DNA of 62,579 nt, counting the filler, from Catajapyx aquilonaris (Eukaryota), in the NCBI GenBank assembly GCA_000934665.2. It is 4 parts of 4 records of this genome, joined end to end, with 100 filler letters (N's around TTAATTAATTAA, not from the genome) between each part and the next. Parts side by side here need not be neighbours in the genome. Positions count along the whole stretch, not along the records: positions 1 to 15,561 come from KZ539689.1; positions 15,662 to 31,267 come from JYFJ02007460.1; 2 more parts are not named here. The stretch is one strand, 5' to 3'. Within the stretch, counting starts at the first letter, position 1; every line of letters starts with the position of its first letter. A program made the position numbers and the translations under genes. Shown in pieces: positions 10,581 through 22,551 of the stretch. The notes under the pieces were generated by a model, which saw only the letters and a program-made list of their open reading frames with translations, was not told the origin of the DNA and searched no databases.

Positions 10581-11349
10581 AAAAAGACCTTTCGCAACTG
10601 GAAATGGATGTTGCAACAATCAGTAAGATCTGAAGACCAACTCTCAGATTTGGAAATACATCATCCCCATACTGCACAATGAAACTGAGCAGGTCCTCAG
10701 GTCCTTAACATCACCCCTGGTCTTGAGCAGCATTCGGCAGTCCATTATTTCACTGAACATCTCCAAGCCATCCAAGTGTGTATCATAAATGCTTCCCATA
10801 AAAATACAATTCTGTTTGAAGCTGCTGTCATTAAAGTTGTTGTGCACATCAGTTCCTTTATGTCTAAAAGAAAGCCGAAATTCGAGTCCAGTTTCTTTAA
10901 GCTGATGAATCTGTCTCCCATCTCTGTGTGATAAGTTAAAACTTATCCTCTCCTACCTGAGATCAGGTATGGGTCAGGAAACATTGTCATCCTTGGCTTT
11001 GTTGAGTGTGGAGCGGGAAGTTACCGACAGAATTAACGTTGATGACATTATCGATAAATATGCAGCAGCAAAGACAATGCGAATTTCTCTTTGAAGTAAA
11101 ATAACAATAAAGCATCAAAAACATTTCAGGAAATCATTTCTCTTTACTTTGTTAACTTTTCAGGTCATAATATTTTATATTAATTATGTTATGTACAAAG
11201 TAATGTAACATTCCGCAATTGTATATGGCTCACACTTTGTCACGCGGGCGGAGGGCCGAGGGGGGCAGGAGGGGGGGGGGGGNGGAGCGTCGAGGGGGCG
11301 CGAAAACTGACTTTGTTCCCGGGCGCGGAAAACCCTAGCTACGCAGCTG
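10581..11349 (+). mobile_element. hAT (ZMYM1-like) 3' end with an internal inversion of 10581-10932
   Basis: Minus strand: EMGDRF..L...FGFLLD...FPNLRVGLQILL...SISSCERSF. Plus strand from 10933: KLKLILSYLRSGMGQETLSSLALLSVERE (dimerisation domain). hAT-like terminus ...CCCTAGCTACGCAGCTG at 11349. Confidence 0.85.
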
Positions 11350-11714
11350 TCCTGCGGCTTCTTGCTGGTGTAGTGTGCTAGCACGACGCCTTCTCAGGAG
11401 GGCTGAACATCCGTTGATATCGGAATGCAATAAAATAATAAACCTTTTACTGCAATTGGCAGGTTTTATTTTTCTGGCTTCCTGCAGCTTTTTTTCAAGG
11501 CAGGGCGCTTAAGTGCTCGCGCGCGCACACACCTCCTCCGCCTAACATAAGAAATGCATGTATGATACAGGGTGATCCAACGAAATGGGCTGTTTATAAA
11601 TTGAGGGGGAAAAGAGTCAAGTGGACAAGTAACCATGGTCTAATATTTATGCATTAGAAATGCCTTCATGGAAAAGTTAACACCTAGCCTAAGTGGCTGG
11701 AAAAGTTAATGCAT

Positions 11715-11870
11715 TGTGAGCAACCATACAGGCAAATCACTCGCAAGTGTTTGTCATTGAAACCCTTGATGAGTATGGTATTTCCCTTGCTGATTGCAGA
11801 GGAAGTCATAATTATGACAATGCCTCCAATATGGCAGGGAAATATATGGGTGTACAAGCTCATATAAACT
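11715..11870 (+). mobile_element. hAT transposase catalytic fragment
   Basis: HTGKSLA...ETLDEYGISLADCRG..YDNASNMAGKYMGVQAHI. Confidence 0.85.
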
Positions 11871-12034
11871 GTCGCAACAGACGGAAGGCCAACTTGAACC
11901 GAGTCGGACGTGCCTTGCGCCTACCCCGCGCTGCGGTTTTTTTTCTCTCTCTTGCTTCTCGCGGTCCTGCCCCGTTTTGACTTACCTTCGCCTAGTGTCT
12001 CTGCTACGGCCGAGGCCCGGTGCTGACTTGCAGG

Positions 12035-12240
12035 ATGAAGGAGGTGACGATGGGAGCGATCCGGACAATTTTGGACCAGTTCAAGGCGGATATTGTTGCC
12101 AGTATGGACAACACATCCCGCGAATTGCGACAGTCTTGGGAGGAAACTCATCGCGCCCTACCTGAAGAGAGGGTCGAATTGCGATCAACTGCAAATACAC
12201 TCAAGCAAGAAAATGGAGAGCTGAGGTCAGACCTGGGAAG
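12035..12240 (+). mobile_element. Probable LINE ORF1 coiled-coil N-terminal fragment
   Basis: MKEVTMGAIRTILDQFKADIVASMD...ELRSTANTLKQENGELRSDL has a heptad pattern; family not certain. Confidence 0.35.
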
Positions 12241-12241
12241 C

Positions 12242-12395
12242 ATGGCGACTGCAGCACCAGCACCAGAAAAGGGGGACGAAGGCAGCCAATTTCACCGAGG
12301 AGGAGAAATTGTACTTGTCGGAGGCAGCGGAGCAGTACAAAGGAGTGATTGAAAACAAACAAAAAAACCGATGGAGTCACGGTTGTGGTCAAGCC
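12242..12395 (+). mobile_element. Myb/SANT-like (Harbinger accessory) DNA-binding domain fragment
   Basis: With frameshifts: KAANFTEEEKLYLSEAAEQYKGVIENK-KTDGVT, matching the N-terminus of Myb_DNA-bind_5. Confidence 0.7.
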
Positions 12396-13229
12396 CAAGG
12401 CAGCCCTGCCAGAAGGCCAGCCGAGCACGTCAGCAGCTCAGCCTATTCCTCCTCGAAAGTTCTACCCGAGGGTGCAGAGACGATTCGGAGCTACTCCACC
12501 TCTGACCAGACGACCCAGCCGTGGCCGTCCTTCCAGAGGCCGAGTTATTGTCAACCCAAGACCTATAGTCCGGCGGTTTGCTGTAAGAATTATGCACAAG
12601 AGGTTAAAAGCGAATTCTTTTTTTTTTGTCGTGTCAGTAGGGACCTAAGGACCATATTCAGAACGGGAGCCCATCGGATCAGTGACCTTTAACCTCTCTA
12701 CAGTCACGCAAAGTACAGTTTGGGGCCTAAGTAATTCTGGGCCATTAAATCCGTTACAATCGTCCTAGCGAGATCATTTTTGGGTGTAGACCTATGTTGT
12801 CGGGGGCGAGAAACCCGATCACGACTGTCTCGAGGCCCTCAGGTCCATTGTACTCGCGATAGGGTACCTAGGGTTTGAACGGGTATGTACTGAACATGTA
12901 CCAAGGATAACTGAGGAAGATCGCACGTGTGTGAAGTTGGCTCACCACCTACGACAGATGCGGAAAAAAAACTAATGACCCAGAAAGGGGCGCCGTTGAC
13001 CCCAATGACCCATGGCGATTTGACCTTTGATCCCTCATACAACCCGAGATATCAAGTTTCAAAGATTGGTGAGCCAACTTCACGCTGGCTCACCACCTAC
13101 GACAACGGCGAAAAAAAAACTAGTGACCCAGAAAGGGGAGACGATGACCCCAATGACCCACGTCGATTTTGTGTAAGGCGTGAACGGATAACCGAGTCTT
13201 AAGAAACGTAAGGATACAGGAGGTCATCT

Positions 13230-14156
13230 CTTCAATTGAGTGACCTGACAAATTTGATGCCCTGCGTCCATGAAGAAGCAGATTATAGAATGATCCTCCA
13301 CGTCGCTGACGAGGGCAGGGAAGGGCTCAACCACATTTTGATCCGCACGGTCGACACACACGTGGTGGTACTGGCAACTGCCATTTTGCATGCTCTACCT
13401 GGCTGTCAAAGCTAAAGGATAGCCTTGGGTGCCGGGAAGTCCTACCGCATGCTGGATGTCTCCTCTATCAGACAGTGTCTTGGTCCAGAAAGGTGTTCGG
13501 GTCTTCCCTTCTTCCACGCATTCACGGGTTGCGACACTACTTCTGCATTCAGGGGCAAAGGAAAAAGTACAGCTCTGGCGGCGTGGAAAATTTTTCCTGA
13601 AGTAAATGCAATCTGTGAGTGCTTGTCAAAGGCCCCCTCCTTGCTTGCAATTGAGGACGCTATGCCTGTGGTGGAGATGTATGTGGCTATCATGTATGAC
13701 AGATGTTCAGAAGATGAAGAGGTCAATACCGCCCGTCTTCACCTATTCAGTAAGGGTAGACACATAGAGAAGATCCCCCCACTCATGATGCACTCCATCT
13801 GCATACCCAGAGAGCTGCCTACCAGGCGGGGCGTATTTGGGGGCAGAGTCTGAAGAAGGACTTCGTTCTTCCCGACCCTGCATTGTACGGGTGGATTAAG
13901 ACACCACCAGGAGTATGGAAGGTACAGATTATGTTATACGATTTATACGCAATGCAACGCATTGGTCAGTATTTCTCGTTAAAGTACATTTTTCTTACTC
14001 CAGATTAAGTAGACGACCATGCCGGAGGCAGGGAGGGCGTGCCGCGAGGTAATATCTTGTTCCTGCAAAACCCCATGTGGAAAACGGTGTAGCTGTGGGA
14101 AATCCCAACTACCATGCACCAGCCTGTGCAAATGCAGTTGTGACGTAACTTGTTAA
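13230..14156 (+). mobile_element. Academ transposon fragment: XPG/FEN-like nuclease domain plus Cys-rich CXC domain, intron 13922-14003
   Basis: HEEADYRMILH, RTVDTHVVV, FHAFTGCDTTSAFRGKGK, IPP..ALHLH..RAAYQAG.IWGQ, P.LYGW; after the intron ACREVISCSCKTPCGKRCSCGKSQLPCTSLCKC. Stops and frameshifts present. Confidence 0.8.
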
Positions 14157-14509
14157 ATAAATCAAGCTTTCTAACAGACTCCATACTTATTACAATGAAG
14201 TGTCGGTATTGTAATAAACTATGCAACAATTTCTTTCGCCTCCAACATAGCTGAGAGTTACAGAATTTAATTGCTATTAATAAACCCAGGGGTGATTTTA
14301 ATAAGTACACATTAAAACTCCGCCGGCGACGGAGTGTCATTGCAGCTCGTTGTAGCTGCATCATGATGATGGGCGATTGCAATAATAGAAGAGAAATCAG
14401 GGAAGACGACGGATGTCCTACGTTAGTAAAAGTTAATGTAATCCCTTACTGTGTATGGTAAGCTTCATATTGCACCTCTCTTTCATGGTGAGGACTTCAG
14501 GGAACGAAG

Positions 14510-15102
14510 TATTTTCCAAGGCTGTAAAAAACTGCTGACAGTAAACCTGGACTGGTTGCATAGTGATGCAACAGGCACGTATCCTGATGAAGATCCCATG
14601 CAACCAGCTGATGATCCTATTTCCGCAACACCCATGTCCTCAACCGAGACTCCCCTCAGCACCCCATCACATGACACTGAACCGAAGCCAAAGAGGAGAA
14701 GGAAGCTGGCACCACCAGCATCGGCACCAGTGGACAATGTTCTGGTGGGAACGTTGGCAGATATTCAAGGGTATGTCAAATGAAAATCTTCAGTATCTTT
14801 TCCCCCCTAATTTATTAAGTAAAGTAACATACAAACTGTGACGTCATTGCATATCATTCTTTGTCAAAAAGGAGTCATAGCCTGTTTTAACCTATACTGA
14901 ATCATCACACCCATCATTTGTAATTAATGCTTCTTTTCAGGCGAATCAATCAGAAGCTCTCAAAGTATGCGCAGCTCGGAGTATGTGGAGTCACTATACG
15001 TATTTGGATTTACCAGCGGCCAAACAGAGACAGTTCGAAAAAGCAATATTGCAGCTAGTGTGGGACTTCGACGAGAAATCCTGCCCAGTTTTGCCTGACT
15101 AA
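14510..15102 (+). mobile_element. Spliced MADF/BESS-like accessory gene fragment
   Basis: Ser/Thr/Pro linker with NLS-like PKPKRRRK, donor at ~14771, acceptor at ~14940, then LPAAKQRQFEKAILQLV (BESS-like). Confidence 0.4.
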
Positions 15103-15561
15103 TAAATGTTGAAAACTGACTCACAAGTAGTCTATTCATTATGTACTATTAACCGCAAAAGTAATGTACTTACTAAAAGTGCAGCAAGAGAGTAAAGTTT
15201 GCAAATAGGCTCGGTACGGGTAAGTATTGGCCGAGGGCGTCACCAACTTCTGATTGAGATATACCTCAATCTGGCTGATGCCGTAACATTTCATTTGGAA
15301 CCTCTGGTTATGAAATCAGCGATTGCCCATTGTATTATTGTGAAACCCTCCCACTGCAAGCAAATGGTATCTCGAGGTGCCTGAAGACACCTGTGGGGTT
15401 TCTATTGTATTAATTTTTCAACTGGTGTAATAAAAATGCAAGTTGAAAAAAAGACACAAAAAATATTTGTATCATATTTCAAACCTTATTTTTGTCATTT
15501 TCAGAGGTGGGAATGGGTTTTTGTGTGATTCACTTTCATATGGAGGGGTTTAGACGGTTAT

Positions 15562-15661
15562 NNNNNNNNNNNNNNNNNNNNNNNNNNNNNNNNNNNNNNN
15601 NNNNNTTAATTAATTAANNNNNNNNNNNNNNNNNNNNNNNNNNNNNNNNNNNNNNNNNNNN
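15562..15661. other. Artificial scaffold-joining linker (N44-TTAATTAATTAA-N44)
   Basis: 44 N + TTAATTAATTAA (stops in all six frames) + 44 N; identical to the linkers at 31268 and 46919. Confidence 0.95.
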
Positions 15662-15750
15662 TGTGTGTGTAGTCGCTGTCTGTGTGTGTAGTCGCTATCT
15701 GTGTGTGTAGTCGCTATCTGTGTGTGTAGTCGCTGTCTGTGTGTGTAGTC
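15662..15750 (+). repeat. 19-bp minisatellite TGTGTGTGTAGTCGCT(G/A)TC x~4
   Basis: Direct tandem repeats. Confidence 0.9.
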
Positions 15751-15823
15751 CAACTAAAAGTGTAGTCCTTACTTGTGTGTGTAGTTCGTGCGTGTGTGTG
15801 TAGTTCATGTGTGTGTGTGTAGT

Positions 15824-16082
15824 GATGGTCAGACATTGCTATCCTTGTGAGGATATTTTTCGCAAGTTTCCTATCCTTGTGAGGACCGAAAACCTTACGA
15901 GGACTTTTTTCAGGCCCTCATAACGTACACAGTCCTGACAAGGATGGCGGAAAATCAAACCAAGACCTCCTTTTTACTGTGAAAAAATAGGTCACCAAAA
16001 TTTCGTGTGTATTTTGTAGGTTAGGTTAGTTTTAAATTTTTATTTTTGCCAGACCCTCACAAGGATAGCACTTTATAACATG
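15824..16082. mobile_element. MITE embedded in (TG)n
   Basis: Inverted repeat TGCTATCCTTGTGAGG (15837) / CCTCACAAGGATAGCA (16055); TG microsatellite on both flanks. Confidence 0.7.
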
Positions 16083-16910
16083 TATGTAAGTGTGTGTGTA
16101 GTGTTGTAAGTGTGTGTGTCGTGACCCTTCTGGGCCACCGTAACAAGTTGTATCTTACCCAATCTTACCACCTTAAGGGCAGCGGTAAAGAAGGTGTGTT
16201 TTGAAAGAAATTCTAAATTGTGATTTACATGTACTGTACATTTGAATGAGAGAGGTATACACAGTCTGGTACCACAATACCATGAGTCTCTTAATGGGAC
16301 ACTTGTACTTTTCAACAGTTTGGGTGCTAAAAATGGGAAAACAATCATGATTCCATGATTGCAATCCGTTTCATTTTTCAGAACTGTAAGGTAAACCCAG
16401 TGTGAGAGGTCAAAGTCAGAAAACATGGATTGTCTGCAAGAATGGGTTAATCAGGCAAGGGAACAACAGGCTTTGCATTGGTAAAGTCTTGAACCAGGCG
16501 TAATAAGGATGGAGAGAATTAGTCTGGATGTGCAGAGGCTGTTGAGTCACAGATTATCTCCCTGGAGCAGGGGTTTCCAGATGATTTTCTATTCTGTTAT
16601 ATTTTTACTGTCACTTCCCAAGTGGCAGCGCTGTTCAATAACAGGCAGTGGCTTCCCAGCTGACGTTGACCGTTGACCCTTGGCTTACCATGAACCCTTC
16701 TGTTACTGCTATCCGGAAAATCGGGAAAACGAGAAATAAATCACAGTATCTCAAGGGTCAAGGTTGCTATGTTAATTCATGTGATGTAGTTGGATTCGGT
16801 ATAATATGAGATTCATCTGAGAATAAAATGTTGATGCGAAAAAGTGGATTTAAAAAAAACAACAAAAAATGCGCCATTATCTAGCTCTCCTATTGCAATA
16901 ATGCTTATAC

Positions 16911-17153
16911 CAGTGGTTTCCAACCTTTTACCAACTGCGACCCCTTAGGGCCGGTTTCACCGAGCTCAGTATATGATAAAACCAGGGTATTTCTCAAAAT
17001 CCCTATCTATTTGTATGGATTTTCCTAAAGAAACCTGGTTTTATCATATACCAAGCTCGGTGAAACCGGCCCTTAAACATGTTTCCATAAATGTGCGACC
17101 CCCCCCCCCCNCCCCCCCCCCCCCCCCCCCGACCCCCAGGTTGGAAACCACTG
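16911..17153. mobile_element. hAT-type MITE with nested Harbinger-type MITE (16948-17072, TTA TSD)
   Basis: TIR CAGTGGTTTCCAACC; CTTATAC on both flanks. Nested palindrome GGGCCGGTTTCACCGAGCT...AGCTCGGTGAAACCGGCCC. The sister copy at 17347-17557 shows the empty site. Confidence 0.85.
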
Positions 17154-17346
17154 CTTATACAGTATATGGAATGAAAAACTATTACTGTGCATGACTCAGG
17201 TCATCTTCTATATGTTGCACAAGTTTGACATTTTGTACGTCCAGCGATATAAGATGGTTTAAAAATAAAGAGGCAGAGGTTCGCGTTACGCTTGCCTGCA
17301 CTTGTGTCCGATGCCATGGAGAGTTGAAGCTAATAATCATTTAGTC

Positions 17347-17557
17347 CAGTGGTTTCCAACAGGGGGCTCGCGAGCCTTTGTTCAACTTTTTTTTTTTTTT
17401 TTGCAATTTCTGTGTAAATTGAACCATTTTTGCGGCTGTACAGAGTGTATGTTTTCTGGAAATGGGGCAGTTGTAGAAGGGGCCGGAGGCGGGGGGGTCG
17501 CACATTTATGGAAACATGTTTAGGGGGTCGCAGTTGGTAAAAGGTTGGAAACCACTG
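17347..17557. mobile_element. hAT-type MITE, second copy in opposite orientation
   Basis: Same CAGTGGTTTCCAAC TIRs. Confidence 0.85.
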
Positions 17558-17562
17558 ATTTA

Positions 17563-17917
17563 GGCTATTTTCACATGAGGCCACCATGGCAGCGCCACCA
17601 CGTGTTTGCATTGCTGCAAGTGGAGCCTTTCATACGTGGTGGTGGCCGCGTGCTTGGCAATACTGCCAGAAATACTTGTGGCAGGCAGGGCGATTTTTGG
17701 TGCCGCCAACTGGCCGCTCTGCCACGTGTTTGCATTGAATCATATGAAGCCTTTCGCACGAGACACATGACTTTTCAGGCTGCCAGACGTGCATTTTGAG
17801 ACCTTGCTCGGCTGGCAATGCATCCGTGGTGGCACACAAATCTGCAACACGCCGCCAGAGAAGCACTGCCTAATTTATGCGGCAGCACTGCCATGGTGGC
17901 CTCATGTGAAAATAGCC
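17563..17917. mobile_element. Harbinger/Tourist MITE (second copy at 33108-33392)
   Basis: TIR GGCTATTTTCACATGAGGCCACCATGGCAG, TTA TSD. Confidence 0.9.
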
Positions 17918-18184
17918 TTAGCTGCACTGTGGTGAAAAACAAGACATTACAAAGTACGTAATTTGCAAAAGCCCAATGACATGGCTGCCATCTTTGATAT
18001 AGATCACAGCAATTAACAATAGCATAATTTCTATAGTGTATTTTGCTATTTACTTCCTAAATTGTAATGAATGGTCAGGAATATTTTGACACTCATTGGG
18101 TCGATAGTGAACGACTATGAAACATCGATGTAACATTTTTGGACTTTGAATTTGGTGCTTTACAGATTATTCATTGGAGGAAGT

Positions 18185-18515
18185 AAGGGGAGGCGGAGTG
18201 GTGCTGCGGTAACATATGCGCCCACGGATGTTAAGGTCCCGGGTTTGATCCCAACCCGGGGACACCCCCTTCATCTCGTGCAGAGTTCAGGGTCACCTCT
18301 GGCTTCGTCTCAGGTGGTATTTCCACAGACTAAACCACCCGGGGGAGTTCACTAAAAATGGCCACGTTTAAGACATTGCACTGCACCTTGCACATCCCCT
18401 CCTGTCATCCTGCCCGTGGGCCCGGGCGTTACGTACAAAGGATCCAAATGTACTTGACATGTAATAAATAAAGGTCCGTGCTACATACCTCAGATGAGGT
18501 CAAGCACTACCCCGG

Positions 18516-18563
<48 letters not shown>
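18185..18563 (+). mobile_element. tRNA-derived SINE, family 2
   Basis: B-box-like GGTTTGATCCC, (ATT)n tail, TSD ATTATTCATTGGAGGAAGT at 18166-18184 and 18564-18582. Confidence 0.9.
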
Positions 18564-18571
<8 letters not shown>

Positions 18572-19018
18572 TTGGAGGAAGTCATGAAAAAAATGCAATA
18601 AATGTCGCTCTATGGCCACTTGTCAACAGCTCGCACTGGGTCAAAGGTTGGCTTTGGTGAAGCTGACTATGAGGTGAAAAAAAGACGGCTGGCTGATCGA
18701 CATGTGGCCGATGACAAGGCCACAGTTGTAAATATAATTTAACCCCCACCCCCGAAAAATTCCTTATGGCAGTAACGGAAGGGTTAAGTTTTGAGGAAAA
18801 AGAGTTGCATCCTCAGGATCAAGATTTTTGTCTTATTTATGGAGCCCAGATTGTCAAAGGATTGCACTGTGCTGTTAATTTACATGGTAACTGTTTATAC
18901 AGTGGCATGTAGTGCATGCTTTCTTCCTGCAGCATGCATATTTTGGGGGGAATTAATGAAACAAATTTTAGTCCAAAAGGTCGTAATTTATGGAACTGTA
19001 ATATTCATCTTTTCTTAG

Positions 19019-19120
19019 CTGTTGTCCTCAGGATTAAAGCAAAATGGGAGTGATGACCAGGGAATATTGGGATTCATGATACCAGACATCAAAAATGAAA
19101 TCAAGAGAGGGAGACGACTG
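19019..19120 (+). CDS. G2E3: G2E3/PHF7-family E3 ligase, internal exon (ePHD)
   Basis: AG|LLSSGLKQNGSDDQGILGFMIPDIKNEIKRGRRL|GT. Confidence 0.85.
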
Positions 19121-19184
19121 GTCAGTATGACTATTAGGTTGGATCCCTAGATAGCCTTTCTTACGCTTTAAAATTTTTTTCCAG

Positions 19185-19309
19185 CGGTGTTTTGTGTGCC
19201 ATAAGACTGAAGCGACCATTGGCTGCTGCCTCAAATCTTGTAAAATGTGTTTTCATCTTCCATGTGCATTGGAGCAAGGTTCATTGCACCAGTTTTTTGG
19301 ACAGTTCAG
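19185..19309 (+). CDS. G2E3: G2E3/PHF7-family exon (ePHD)
   Basis: RCFVCHKTEATIGCCLKSCKMCFHLPCALEQGSLHQFFGQF; canonical splice sites and consistent phases. Confidence 0.85.
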
Positions 19310-19364
19310 GTAGAAACCTACCTAAGGCACTTGTGATAAGGGTATTGATGGCATATGCTTTCAG

Positions 19365-19545
19365 ATCATTTTGCCCAATGCATCGCCTACACCAGCAAGT
19401 CGACTTTGACTTACTGCAAAGGGAAAGTGAGAAATGCAAATCCTGCCCTGTCTGCTTTGAGGAGGTGGAATGCTTACCATCACCATCAACCTTGTGGGCT
19501 CCATGCTGCCAGAAAAATGCATGGTTCCATCGAGACTGTGTGCAA
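19365..19545 (+). CDS. G2E3: G2E3/PHF7-family exon (RING-like)
   Basis: SFCPMHR...CPVCFE...WAPCCQKNAWFHRDCVQ. Confidence 0.88.
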
Positions 19546-20532
19546 GTAATGGGAATTCTTTAATAACCAACGATATAGTTTTAGGAGTGCATCATTCCAT
19601 CTTGACGCAGTCAATTTTGGCCTAGGTTGTGGATAAATTCGCAGGGAATTTCTTGAAAAAATTAATCCAATGATATGCACCAGAGGTCATATAAAAACGG
19701 AAGTTTCAGAATTGAATGACAATGCTCACCCACATGAACTCTTGGCACCTGAAATATGGTGGTTGGAGAGTCGCACCTGGCCCTTACCTGGCATGTCCTT
19801 GTAAGTCAAAATTGGCGATGTTGCTTGGTAATGTCAAAAAATTTTATCTTCTGCTAAGTCCACCTTAGATGTTCACATCTGTGCTTTACACTTCAAGCTC
19901 TGTGCAATGATGTGTGACAGATTAACTATTCCTTTCCAGTATGGGAAGGATGGTTTTTAAAACCCACTCCCTTCATATACCATGCAAAAATTTGAGAATT
20001 TTAACACATTTTTGTCTGCTACAGTGAAACATGTGTATAGGGAATCACACAGAACCCCCAAAATTTTCTGTAATGGACAGGTTTTCTGCAAATTCTTGAC
20101 ATATTTTTTTGCCAGTGGGCTGGGGGGGTGGGGGGGGGGGGCAACTATCACATTATTAGTCACAATTTTCTGTCCCAAACAAGCCATTTCTCCATTTCCT
20201 CATAAGTATGTCTTCAAGGTCATGGGCCAGATTGCAGTGCCAGCACTTATGATACACATGGTGCCAGAAAATACACAAAAGGCTGTCTCAGATGGTTGGA
20301 GGGCTGTTAGAGTGAAGCTAGCTGGAACTTCTGTTTTCGTGCCAGTGATCAGCAGATCATGTGAACAATTTGATTTCCGTGTTGAACAAAGATATTTTTG
20401 TGAAGGGAGACAAAAATCTGTTCTGTTTCCCCATTGGGCAGGTTCCATTGTTCGTATATCCATCAAAATGTACATTTCATGTTCAGTGCTGGACATTAAT
20501 TCCATTGTACTGCTAGCAACATATTCTGAGGT

Positions 20533-20716
20533 GGCAGAAGAGCACATCGATGTGATGGAGTACGAGCCGTGCAAGTAAGAAGTGGTAGGCTCTGTGTGAT
20601 GTCACCAGACGGGGGCAATTGAGAAAAGGATTGCTCCCAGTCAGTGACGTCACCCCTGGTCTACCACTTCTTACTCGTACGGCTTGCACTCCATCACCTC
20701 GATGTGCTCTTCTGCC
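20533..20716. mobile_element. Short palindromic MITE
   Basis: GGCAGAAGAGCACATCGA...TCGATGTGCTCTTCTGCC arms. Confidence 0.7.
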
Positions 20717-20847
20717 GTGTTGAAAAATGTACGACGGAATTAATGTCCAAAACTGTACTGTGCATACTCCTGTCCCCAGAAAAAAATGTGCAATAGACAG
20801 GTTTCCGCTATACTCAGGGTCAGTTATGGCCAAGTTTCACTGTACAA

Positions 20848-21116
20848 CAAGGGAACGACCAAGGTCGGTCGCCTCCGATTTGGTTGAAACTCACATGAGG
20901 GGTCACTCATGTGCGATAGACACAGTGGTGAAAGTCCGAGATGCCACTGTCGATCTGTTTCCGAGATATGAGCAATAGAAACATCTGAATTTTGGCCGCA
21001 CGTATAGGGGCCTTGCTGGGCCTTTCACCTGTCCGTTCCTGCCCGACACCTGTACCAAAAGTCGGGATTATTTGGTGCTCATATCTTGTAATCGGCTGGA
21101 CAGTGGTATGTAGGAC

Positions 21117-21185
<69 letters not shown>

Positions 21186-21528
21186 TTATTTTTTATTTTT
21201 TCATTACCCCACGGGGGGAGTTATACTACTCCTTAGGGGGGGTGGGTTGCCACCTTTGGAATTTGTTTTGGAGCGAGTTTAAGAATAATCTTAATTAGTA
21301 TGCTCCAAGGGTGGGTGGGAGGGGATGTGCAAAGTGCAAGTGCAATGTCTCTAATCGTCATTTTGTGAACTCCCCCGGGTGGCTTAGTCTGCCGGAAATT
21401 GCCACCCGAAACGAAGCCAGAGATGGCCCAACTCTGCACGAAAGAAGGTGGGAACCCCGGGTGGGGATTGAACCCGGGACCTTAACTTCCGTGGGCGCGT
21501 GCGTTACCGCGGCGCCACTCCGTCTCCC

Positions 21529-21570
<42 letters not shown>

Positions 21571-22013
21571 GGGTTTGGGTTTGGGGCACCACCCATGGGC
21601 ATCTGGCACAGTACCTTTATTTGCTTTGAAGTACAAGCTAGTACAGGTTGGTCCTTTTACCGTAACGCTCAGGTACCGCGAGTGATAGGGAGGGTGACAG
21701 GAGGGGATGTGCAAGGTGCAGTGCAGTACAGTTGCTGAGGTCATCTTGTGAGCTCCCCCGGGTGGTTTAGTCTATCGGAAATACCACCCGAGACGAAGTC
21801 AGAGATGGCCTTAAACTCTGCATGAGATGAAGGGGGGGACCCCGGGCGGGATTTGATCCCGGGACCTTAACATCTGTGGGCGCATACGTTACTGCAGCGC
21901 CACTTCGCCTCCCATGGTATCTAGGACTTGCACCACTGTGTCTATCACACATGAGTGACCCCTCAAGCGAGTTTCAACAAAATCGGGGGCGACCGACCTT
22001 GGTCGTTCCCTTG
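20848..22013. mobile_element. CAAGGG-terminated MITE carrying two family-2 SINEs on the minus strand (~21120-21530, ~21535-21915)
   Basis: ~90-bp TIRs; a compact SINE-free relative lies at 53557-53911. Confidence 0.8.
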
Positions 22014-22388
22014 TAAGTGCATTTTATATTTTCAAGGTGGACTTAAGAAAGCATTACATTTCCTGTTCAGTGATACAGTGTAATTATGATATATCAAGTA
22101 TCCCCTTCTAGTAATTAAAGGGTGATTTTAATGTGTGGGTCTGAGCACCTACTGCATATGATCTATCCAGCATGATAATTTTATCACAAGGTGTTAGACT
22201 CTACACCACAGTCCTTCTGTTGGATATGGCACATACAATGCGTGTGTAGACCCATGCATAAAGAATCAACCTTCCCTAATTCACAGAATTGTTATATGAG
22301 ACAGACCAGGTGCACTCTTACTTTAATTTTCTAACACAGCCTGAACCAGAATTAAGACGAAAGTGTTGTTACATCTTACTTTTTCCAG

Positions 22389-22492
22389 AAATTGGCATCA
22401 AGTACTGGATATTTTTTCAAATGCCCTCTCTGTAACAATTCTCGAGAATTTATGAAAGAAATGCTGAAGTTTGGAATATTTATTCCTGAGAG
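22389..22492 (+). CDS. G2E3: G2E3/PHF7-family exon
   Basis: [40 protein letters not shown]. Confidence 0.88.
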
Positions 22493-22551
22493 GTAAGTTA
22501 GGCTTCAATACAGTTAAAAGTAGGATGTTAACCTTCTTCCATATTTTTCAG

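Noticed and set aside
19982..20578. 198-aa ORF within the G2E3 intron
   Set aside because: No recognisable motif; it runs through a G run and into a palindromic MITE.
18478..21744. Poly-Leu/Ile/Asn ORFs
   Set aside because: They are translations of (ATT)n SINE tails.
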